64,000 nucleotides of DNA, from positions 283,638 to 347,637 of the forward strand of contig CAWEXC010000005.1 of assembly GCA_963812955.1 (NCBI GenBank), given 5' to 3'. The number at the start of each line of letters is the position of its first letter. The stretch's first letter is position 1. Of the stretch, positions 47,648-55,097 are shown one piece after another. The translations under genes and the position numbers were made by a program. The notes beneath the pieces are model-generated. The model was given only the letters and a program-made list of their open reading frames with translations, had not been told where the DNA came from and made no database searches. Origin of the DNA: an uncultured Solirubrobacterales bacterium (GTDB taxonomy: Bacteria > Actinomycetota > Thermoleophilia > Solirubrobacterales > Solirubrobacteraceae).

Positions 47648-49042
47648 CTACCCGCGCGTACGCCACACCACGCGCGTACCAGCCCCCGGCACCAGCGTGA
47701 TCGCGCGCCGGCGGACGCGCTCGCCCTGCTCGAAGCTGTTCCGCCGGACGGGGCTCGGCATGCGCCGCCGCCGCGTGTCGTGCGGCAGCGAAGGCTCCAG
47801 CTCACCGAGGATCGTGCGCAGCATGAGCTTCATCTCCAGCAGCGCGAACGATGCCCCGATGCAGCGCCTGATGCCGCCGCCGAACGGAATCCACCCAAAC
47901 GTTTCCAACTGCTTACCGAGGAAGCGCTCGGGCCTGAACTCCTGCGGGGCCTCGTACGCGCGCGGATCGCGGTTGGTGAGCCAGATCGACGGCGCCACGC
48001 GCGTGCCCGCTGGCAGCTCGTGCCCGCCCACGCGCAGCGGCTCCTCCAGAGCCCGTATGACCAGCGGCACCACGGGGCGCACGCGCATCGTCTCGTGCAC
48101 CACCGCCTGTAGGTACTCGTCCGTTTCGCCCGCGTCGATCTCCGCCGTGAGGCGCGCCAGCTTGTCGGGGTGCCTCACCAGGCGCTCGATCGCCCACGCC
48201 ACGGAGGTGGCGGTCGTCTCGTGGCCGGCCAGCAGCAGCGTCACCAGCTCGTCACGCAGTTCGGCGTCGTTCATCGCCACGCCCTGCTCATCACACGCCT
48301 GCATCAGTAGCGAGAGGATGTCGGTGCGCTCGGCGAGGTCCTGCTGCGCGTGCCGGCGTGCGAGCTCCGCGTAGATCACCTCGTCGAGGCGGTCCAGCGC
48401 CCTGCCGAAGCCGCCCTTCGGGCGGGTGAGCGTCGGGCGGCTGAGCGCCACGCGCAGCAGCATCGGCAGCGTCAGCGGCGCGAACAGCGCCCCCACCGCC
48501 TCGCGTAGCTCCTCCATCCGCTCCGCCTCCACCCCGAACACTGCGCGCAGGATCACCTCCAGCGTGATCGCGCGCGTGCGCTGCAACAGCACCATCGGCG
48601 CCCCCAGCGGCCACTGTGCGATGTCACGCCGCGTCGCCTCCACGATCACACCCTCGTACTCCTTCATCCGCTCCCCGTGGAACGGCGGCAGCAGCAGCCG
48701 CCGCTGGCGGATGTGCTCGGGGCCGGTGAGCGTCAACACCGAGCTCGGCCCCATCACCGCGGCGATCGGCGAGCTTCCCGCCGCCGAGGGCGCGACCTCC
48801 GGCGGGGCCGTGAACACCTGCTTGACCAGCTGCGCCCCGCTCACCACGACGATCCGCCGGCCGCTGGGGAAGAAGCGCATCGTGAACATCTCCCCGTAGC
48901 GCTCCTCGCAGCGGTCGAGCATCCACGGCAGCGACACCGCCCACGCCACGGTTTGCGCCAGCGCCGGCCAACGCGGCCCCGGGGGCAGCGATGTACTCCT
49001 CGGCTGCTCCACCGCCGGCAAGGTGCTCGCTGCGCTCGCCAT
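47648..49042 (-). CDS. Cytochrome P450
   Basis: LPPGP, AGHETT (I-helix), ETMR (ExxR), PERF, FGGGIRRCIG haem-thiolate motif. Confidence 0.95.
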   Translation of the reverse strand: MASAASTLPAVEQPRSTSLPPGPRWPALAQTVAWAVSLPWMLDRCEERYGEMFTMRFFPSGRRIVVVSGAQLVKQVFTAPPEVAPSAAGSSPIAAVMGPSSVLTLTGPEHIRQRRLLLPPFHGERMKEYEGVIVEATRRDIAQWPLGAPMVLLQRTRAITLEVILRAVFGVEAERMEELREAVGALFAPLTLPMLLRVALSRPTLTRPKGGFGRALDRLDEVIYAELARRHAQQDLAERTDILSLLMQACDEQGVAMNDAELRDELVTLLLAGHETTATSVAWAIERLVRHPDKLARLTAEIDAGETDEYLQAVVHETMRVRPVVPLVIRALEEPLRVGGHELPAGTRVAPSIWLTNRDPRAYEAPQEFRPERFLGKQLETFGWIPFGGGIRRCIGASFALLEMKLMLRTILGELEPSLPHDTRRRRMPSPVRRNSFEQGERVRRRAITLVPGAGTRVVWRTRG

Positions 49043-49052
49043 CTCAAAGAGA

Positions 49053-49769
49053 CTACCGCGATGCGGCGAGGCGCCGGCGCAGGCGCGCGGGACGGGTGGG
49101 CGCATCGGACTGCGCCAGTGCCCGCGCCAAGCACGCGTGCGCGCGCTCCACCGCCTGCTCGTCCAGGCGCTGCGGCTGGCGCTCCACGTAGCCCCGCAGC
49201 ATCCGCGCCGGCACCACGCGCACGCCCTTGCGCCGGCTCAGCGGCCGGTCGACCCACGCGCGGCTGAACACCACGAGCGGTTCGACGTGCTCGGCGACGA
49301 TCCCCTCCACCGCCTTGCGCTGCGCCTGCGCCTGGGTGAGCACCGAGCCGTGCAGCCGCCCCACCCTGATCGGACCCGGATGGCTCTTGGTCTCGACCGT
49401 GAACACCCCTCCCGGGCCGATCAGGATGTGGTCGACGTTGCCCCGCCCGAAGCTGGCGTCGTGCACCACATGCCACCCCCGCTCGGACAGCCCCTCCAGC
49501 AACTGCCCAACGTGCTCTTCGCCGCGCGCGCCCCTGTCGTGGCGATCCACCAGTGGCAGCACCCAGCGGGAGATCGCAAAGATCGCGAGCAGCAGCCCCA
49601 CCTCCGCCCCCAGGAAGCGCGGGTCCTGCCAGCCGAAGCGCCGGCCCATCACGGTCGTCGCCGCCGCCAGCACACCGAGCGTCAGCAGCGTGCGCATCCG
49701 CAGCCGCTGCACGAGCGAGCGGGTGTACTGCCCCGGCGCACGGGACGTCGGGTCGCGTTCGAAGGCCAC
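49053..49769 (-). CDS. NERD (nuclease-related domain) membrane protein
   Basis: Two TM helices, then GARGEE.VG, VVHD....GNVDHILIGPGGVFTVETKS; start GTG 49769 inferred. Confidence 0.85.
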   Translation of the reverse strand: MAFERDPTSRAPGQYTRSLVQRLRMRTLLTLGVLAAATTVMGRRFGWQDPRFLGAEVGLLLAIFAISRWVLPLVDRHDRGARGEEHVGQLLEGLSERGWHVVHDASFGRGNVDHILIGPGGVFTVETKSHPGPIRVGRLHGSVLTQAQAQRKAVEGIVAEHVEPLVVFSRAWVDRPLSRRKGVRVVPARMLRGYVERQPQRLDEQAVERAHACLARALAQSDAPTRPARLRRRLAASR

Positions 49770-49838
49770 ACTTCGACATCGGTCCACCCCCGGCATGCCT
49801 TTAGAAGGGCTTCCCCGAACCCCGTCGAGGTTGAGCCC

Positions 49839-50246
49839 ATGAACGCCTCCGACCCGCCGGACGTCACGCTGCTGCTGCGCGCCCACTCCGAGCAGCGCTG
49901 GCTGAGCCGCGAGGTGATCCCTGTGGTGCGCCAGCTCGAGACCGGCGAGCACCTGCCCGAGGAGCAACTTCCCGCCGCCGTCGCCTACCTGGAGGTGATC
50001 TGGGTGGAGGCGGGGGGGCTCGCGCGTGAGGCCGACGCCGCGCTGCGCAGGCTCGATGCAGGAGATGGGGCTCAGGAGGCTCGCCGCTACCACGCGACCG
50101 TCAGGGCGCTACGCGAAGCGGTCGCGCGGCAGGTCACACCGCTGATCGAACGGGGGATACCGGCCGAAGGCAAATGTCTCCCCGTTTCGGTCGCCGCCCC
50201 CGCGAGCGTCCTGCCAGAGGGCGATCTGCGGGATTTCGTCAGCTGA
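49839..50246 (+). CDS. Hypothetical protein
   Basis: GAGG SD before ATG 49839; coding-like helical sequence (LLRAHSEQRWL...AYLEVIW). Confidence 0.65.
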   Translation: MNASDPPDVTLLLRAHSEQRWLSREVIPVVRQLETGEHLPEEQLPAAVAYLEVIWVEAGGLAREADAALRRLDAGDGAQEARRYHATVRALREAVARQVTPLIERGIPAEGKCLPVSVAAPASVLPEGDLRDFVS

Positions 50247-51027
50247 GCGTCGTGGCACGCCGGTAGAAGCGGATCGCCAGCGGCATCGCCACCGCGGTCA
50301 CGCCCACGCAGAACGCCAGCGCAACCCAGGCGGTCGAGCCGACGGGCTGACCCAGCATCCAATCGCGCTCCGCGTTGACGACCTTCGTGATCGGCTGGTT
50401 GTTGGCAAATGTCTGCATCCATCCCGGCATCGTCGAGATCGGCACGAACGCGCTGGAGGCGAACGTGAACGGGAACAGCCAGATCAGGCCCGCGGCCTGC
50501 ACCGCCTCGGGATTGCGCACCCCCAGGCCAATCGCCGCCCCCACCCAGGAGAAGGAGAAGCTGAAGATCAGCAGCAACCCTGCGGCCGCCAGCCAATTCA
50601 GGGGCGGGCCCTCCGGGCGGAAGCCCACCAGGATGCCCGTCGCCACCATCACCACCACGATCAGCGAGTTGCGCACGAGATCCGCCAGCGTCTTGCCCAG
50701 CACGACCGCCGTCCGCGACATCGGCAGCGCGCGGAAGCGATCCATGAAGCCCTTCTGGAGATCCTCGGCGAGCCCCACCCCGGTGGGGGTTGTCGCGCCG
50801 AAGGCGACCGTCTGCACGAAGACGCCGGCCATTAGGAAGTTCACGTAGGAAACCCCGCCTTCGATGTGGATCGCCCCCGAGAACACGTAGCGGAACAGCA
50901 GCGTGAACATCACCGGTTGAATCAGCGAGAACGCCAACAGCTCGGGCGAGCGGAAGGTATGGCGCAGGGTGCGCACGGCGATCACCCATGTGTCCTGCGC
51001 CAGCCAGTACAGGCCTCCTCTCCTCAT
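50239..51027 (-). CDS. ABC-2 type transporter permease (DrrB-like)
   Basis: IQPVMFTLLF.YVF.GAI, YVNFL..G, G.MDRFRALPM, FASSAFVP...MPGW, QPIT. Confidence 0.9.
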   Translation of the reverse strand: MRRGGLYWLAQDTWVIAVRTLRHTFRSPELLAFSLIQPVMFTLLFRYVFSGAIHIEGGVSYVNFLMAGVFVQTVAFGATTPTGVGLAEDLQKGFMDRFRALPMSRTAVVLGKTLADLVRNSLIVVVMVATGILVGFRPEGPPLNWLAAAGLLLIFSFSFSWVGAAIGLGVRNPEAVQAAGLIWLFPFTFASSAFVPISTMPGWMQTFANNQPITKVVNAERDWMLGQPVGSTAWVALAFCVGVTAVAMPLAIRFYRRATTLS

Positions 51028-51126
51028 CCCCTCACGTTCCCCCCGCTGCCTCGTTCACGACATTCCCCCCCCGTCGCTCGTCGGGTCTTTCGCCGGCGAC
51101 CCCAACCGCCATGCATTATCCCTCCT

Positions 51127-52104
51127 TCACGCCTCCACCCCACGGCCGGTCAGCGTCAGGAAGACATCATCGAGCGTGGGACGGCGCATGCCGAGGTCTT
51201 CGATCTGCACTTCAGCGGCATCCAGCTCGCGCACGACGTCGGCCAGGCTACTCGCTCCCTCGGGCGCAGGGATGCTCAGACGGCGCATGTCGGTCTCGAC
51301 GTGCACTTCGTTCTCGCCGGAGGCACGCCTGCTCAGCACCTCCCGCGCGTGCTCGAGGTTGCCGTGGCGTGCGACGGTCAGCTCGATACGCTCCCCCCCG
51401 ACCTGCTGCTTGAGCTCATCGGAGGTCCCTTCCGCGATCACCCTGCCGGTGTCGATCACAACCACGCGGTCGGCCAGCCGGTCGACCTCCTCGAGGTACT
51501 GGGTGGTGAGCAGCAGCGTGGTGCCGGAGGCCACCAGTTCCTCGATCAGCTCCCACATCCCCAACCGGCTGCGAGGATCGAGGCCGGTCGTCGGCTCGTC
51601 GAGGAACAGCACCGGCGGCGAGACGATCAGGCTGGCGGCGAGATCCAGGCGCCGGCGCATCCCCCCGGAGTAAGTCGTCACCGCGCGCGCGCCCGCTTCG
51701 GTGAGATCGAAGCGCTCGAGCAGCTCGTGCGCGCGCGAGCGGGCCCGCGCGCGAGGGAGGTGGTAGAGGCGACCGAACATCTCCAGGTTCTCCAGGCCAG
51801 TCAGGTATTCGTCGACGGCCGCGTACTGCCCAGCGAGGCCGATGCGGCCCCGCAGCTTGTTCGCGCGCCGCACCACGTCCAGGCCCGCCACCTGCGCGCG
51901 CCCCCCATCCGGCTTCAACAAGGTCGTGAGGATCCGCACCGCCGTGGTCTTGCCGGCGCCATTGGGCCCCAGCAGGCCCAGCACCGTGCCGGTCTCCACG
52001 CGCAGATCGAGGCCGTCCAGCGCGACGGTCTCCCCGAAGCGCTTGCACAGCCCTTCTGCGAGGATCGCGGCACTGGGCACAGCAAAGGTGCTCACAGTTC
52101 GCAC
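51127..52104 (-). CDS. ABC transporter ATP-binding protein (DrrA-like)
   Basis: GPNGAGKTT, YSGGMRRRLDLA, LFLDEPTTGLDP, RRPTLDDVFL.LTG. Confidence 0.93.
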   Translation of the reverse strand: MRTVSTFAVPSAAILAEGLCKRFGETVALDGLDLRVETGTVLGLLGPNGAGKTTAVRILTTLLKPDGGRAQVAGLDVVRRANKLRGRIGLAGQYAAVDEYLTGLENLEMFGRLYHLPRARARSRAHELLERFDLTEAGARAVTTYSGGMRRRLDLAASLIVSPPVLFLDEPTTGLDPRSRLGMWELIEELVASGTTLLLTTQYLEEVDRLADRVVVIDTGRVIAEGTSDELKQQVGGERIELTVARHGNLEHAREVLSRRASGENEVHVETDMRRLSIPAPEGASSLADVVRELDAAEVQIEDLGMRRPTLDDVFLTLTGRGVEA

Positions 52105-52150
52105 GCTACACCTCGCCGCCTCCGGGTGTCTGGCTAATGTCAGGCCTGTT

Positions 52151-52368
52151 CGCTACCCCGGAGCCGCCAGCTGCGCCTGCAGGCCGGTAAGCACCGCTAC
52201 CCCAGAGCCGCCAGCAGCGCCTGCGAGCCGGTAAGCACCGCTACCCCAGAGCCGCCAGCAGCGCCTGCGAGCCGGTAAGCACCGCTACCCCAGAGCCGCC
52301 AGCAGCGCCTGCGAGCCGGTAAGCACCGCTACCCCGGAGCCGCCAGCAGCGCCTGCAGCCGGTAGGCA
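52151..52368. repeat. 5 x 44-bp tandem repeat of the holB 3' end
   Basis: Unit cgCTAcccc(a/g)gagccgccagcagcgcctgc(g)agccggtaagcac starting at 52151, 52195, 52239, 52283 and 52327; the last copy is the holB coding end with its TAG stop. Confidence 0.95.
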
Positions 52369-53624
52369 AGCCCCTCCAGCGCGAGCTCCTCGGAGACGTT
52401 GAGCTCCAGTCGCAGGCGGGTGTCGCGCACGAGCTCAACCGCCTCGCACAGCCGCGCGGGGGAGCGCCCCGTGGCGTCGTGCTCCAGCTCGGGGCGGCGG
52501 TCGAGCGCATACACCAGCTCGCCGGCGCCCTCCGCCACGCACCACAGGTCGCGCAGCCACAGCTGGGCGAGACGCAGGGCGAGGTCGAGCGCGCCAGCCC
52601 GCGCGCGGCGCTCGGCGCGGCGCTGGGCATCGCCGGCTTCGCGCTCGTGGCGTTTGCGCTCCTTGGCGGGCAGCAGCTCGAGCTCGCCCGCCACGCGCGC
52701 CGCCAGCTCCTCGCCGGCACTTGTGCCGGCGTCGCGGGCAGCCTGCAGCAACTCCAGCCACGGACGCCCGGCGGTGTCGCCGCTCACCGCGCCGCGCACG
52801 AATGCCTCGACGCGCTCGCGCAGACGGGTGCCCCACTCCCCCGCCAGCCGGCTGGCGAGGCGTGCGTCGCCGAGCCCCAGGCGCGCGCAGGCGGCGAGCG
52901 TGGCGTCCGCGGTTGTGCCGTCAGCGGTGGTTAGCTCGCTGGCGGCCTCCACCGGGCGCTCCTCGCCGGCGGCCTCCACCTGGCGCTCCTCGCCGGGTAC
53001 TCCGGCGAGGGCTAACGTCCCCTGCGCCCTCAGGCGCTCCTCGATGCGAGCAGGCGGCAGCGGGTCGAAGCGCACCTGCTGGCAGCGCGAGGCGATCGTC
53101 GGAAGCAGCTCGCGGGGGGTGGGGGCAAGCAGGATGAAGTGCGCAAACGGAGCGGGCTCCTCAAGCGTCTTCAGCAGGCGGTTAGCAGCCTGGTCGTTGA
53201 GGGTGTGCGCATCCTCCAGCACGAACACCCGCCGGCGCGACTCGAACGGCGTGCGGGTCGCCGCGGCGACGACCGCCTGGTCGATGTCACCCACCAGCAT
53301 TTCCCCCGCCCCGGTGGGCATCACCCACGTCAGATCCGGATGCGCCCCGCGCGCCGCGCGCCCACGCACCTCATCGGGAGCGGGCGACCCCGAGGCGAGC
53401 AACGCCGCCGCGAACGCGCGCGCGACCGTGCGCTTGCCGACGCCGGGGGGGCCGTGGAAGAGGTAAGCATGGGTCGGACCCCGCCCGCCCCGGTAGCCGT
53501 GGGCTCGATCCCGCCCCTCCTCCTGCTTCCCCCCCGCGAGAGCCTCCTCCCCGTCGAGGAACCGCAGCGCGGGCAGCAGCACCGCGTGGGCGTGCGGATG
53601 GGCGTCGAGGCCGGGGAGGCTCAC
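52329..53624 (-). CDS. holB: DNA polymerase III subunit delta'
   Basis: HAYLFHGPPGVGK, HPDL, AAN.LLKTLEEP, LPTIASRCQ; C-terminal LNV..ELALE. Confidence 0.88.
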   Translation of the reverse strand: MSLPGLDAHPHAHAVLLPALRFLDGEEALAGGKQEEGRDRAHGYRGGRGPTHAYLFHGPPGVGKRTVARAFAAALLASGSPAPDEVRGRAARGAHPDLTWVMPTGAGEMLVGDIDQAVVAAATRTPFESRRRVFVLEDAHTLNDQAANRLLKTLEEPAPFAHFILLAPTPRELLPTIASRCQQVRFDPLPPARIEERLRAQGTLALAGVPGEERQVEAAGEERPVEAASELTTADGTTADATLAACARLGLGDARLASRLAGEWGTRLRERVEAFVRGAVSGDTAGRPWLELLQAARDAGTSAGEELAARVAGELELLPAKERKRHEREAGDAQRRAERRARAGALDLALRLAQLWLRDLWCVAEGAGELVYALDRRPELEHDATGRSPARLCEAVELVRDTRLRLELNVSEELALEGLAYRLQALLAAPG

Positions 53625-53685
53625 GCGGTCAATCGTGACATAGAGAGCGCGGGTGAATCGGGCGGGGTGGCAATGCCATCCAGAC

Positions 53686-53990
53686 GGTCCCGTAGTGCCT
53701 TAAGTTTGGTCGGGACCAGCAGGCCCGTGAGACGCCATATATATGTTGCATTGGGCGACCAACCAGCTACTGGACCTCTCTTGACGGTCATCTGGTTGCT
53801 ACTCACAGGTCCAGTCGGTGGTTATACGCCCAAACTTTAGACACCGCCACAGGTCCCTACTACTTCACTTTGTGAAGGGTTATAAGCCCAAAAGTAGATG
53901 CGCAAGCCTCCTTCTCGGGGAGAAGAAGCATCCAATTGGGCTCCTACCACTTCACAAAATGAAGGGTATGCGTCCGAAAAAAAGCGCTAT
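53686..53990. repeat. Cluster of REP/BIME-like elements in the AT-rich holB-tmk intergenic region
   Basis: Inverted pair 53751-53776 / 53808-53833; related units at 53859-53900 and 53946-53985; GGTCCCG/CGGGACC hairpin at 53686-53717. Confidence 0.7.
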
Positions 53991-54026
53991 CTCCCACCCC
54001 CCTCGAGGAGTCGATACCGTCCGGCG

Positions 54027-54692
54027 ATGCCCCGGGGCACGCTGATCACGATCGAGGGGCTAGATGGCGCCGGCAAGACCACGCTCGCGGAGGGACTTGC
54101 ACGCGAGATCGCCGCGCGCGGGGCGAACGCAGCAGACAGGACAGGCGGGGCGGGCAGAGCAGGCAGGCGCCAGGTCGCACTGCTGCGCGAGCCAGGCGGC
54201 GTGCAGCTATCCGAGCGGATCCGCGCGCTCGTGAAGGACCCCGCCCTCACTGTGGGGGCACATGCGGAGGCGCTGCTGTATGCGGCCGCACGCGCACAGC
54301 TGGTGCAGGAGCGCGTGCTTCCACTGCTCGAAGCAGGCGCGCTGGTGCTGCTCGACCGCTTCGTGGACTCCTCCCTGGCCTACCAGGGTGCTGGTCGGGC
54401 ACTGGGGGTGGAGCAGATCCGCACGATCAACCGGTTCGCCACCGGCGGCCTACAACCGGACCGCACGCTGCTGTTGTGCATCTCCCCCGAGGCCGGGCGC
54501 ACGCGTCAGGAGACACGTGCCCTCGACCCTGACAGGCTGGAGTTGGAGGGGGAGGAGTTCTTTGCGCGGATCGCAGCGGCCTACGACGACCTTGCGCACG
54601 CAGAGCCGCAGCGGATATCGCGGCTCGATGCCGAACGCCGCCCCCCAGAGGTGCTGCACGACGCGCTCGCGGCGATCGCGGACCTGCTCTGA
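54027..54692 (+). CDS. tmk: Thymidylate kinase
   Basis: ITIEGLDGAGKTT, LREPGG, EALLYAAARAQ, LDRFVDSSLAYQG, PD.T.LL. Confidence 0.95.
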   Translation: MPRGTLITIEGLDGAGKTTLAEGLAREIAARGANAADRTGGAGRAGRRQVALLREPGGVQLSERIRALVKDPALTVGAHAEALLYAAARAQLVQERVLPLLEAGALVLLDRFVDSSLAYQGAGRALGVEQIRTINRFATGGLQPDRTLLLCISPEAGRTRQETRALDPDRLELEGEEFFARIAAAYDDLAHAEPQRISRLDAERRPPEVLHDALAAIADLL

Positions 54693-54698
54693 CCGAAG

Positions 54699-55007
54699 AT
54701 GCAAGCGCATACCATGATCCTCGCAATGCACCGCATCCTCGAAAGCTCCTCCCGAGCGCCCACGCTCGCTCTCGTCGTGATCCGTCACACGACCGAGCCC
54801 ACGACGACGAAACTGTCCACAGGGGCGATCGTGGCAGCGGCGCTGGCGGCGCTGTTGATCGTGGCGTGCCTCGCGTGGGGAGCCGCACGCTGGTGGGCAT
54901 ACGAGCCCCACTGGACCATCTCCCTGCGCCACTCGCTCGCGGAGGCCGGCTGGCGCCTATCGGGCGCCTGGGAGGAATTCTCAGACTGGGCCAGACTGGG
55001 CCGCTGA
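54699..55007 (+). CDS. Small membrane hypothetical protein
   Basis: One TM segment and a conserved-looking C-terminus (RHSLAEAG.R....W.EF.DW.RLGR); lies between tmk and nrdJ. Confidence 0.65.
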   Translation: MQAHTMILAMHRILESSSRAPTLALVVIRHTTEPTTTKLSTGAIVAAALAALLIVACLAWGAARWWAYEPHWTISLRHSLAEAGWRLSGAWEEFSDWARLGR

Positions 55008-55097
55008 GCCTCCTAAAATCGAAGGGACTCCCCGCCTTTTTCCGTCCGGCCTGAGCGGGATGCTGTTCGGCCCCGAGAAGAAGGAGCAGAGGTCGCT

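Noticed and set aside
53731-53750. CCATATATATGTTG as an NrdR box for tmk-nrdJ
   Set aside because: Single, mismatched and far from nrdJ; NrdR boxes normally occur as tandem pairs near the promoter.
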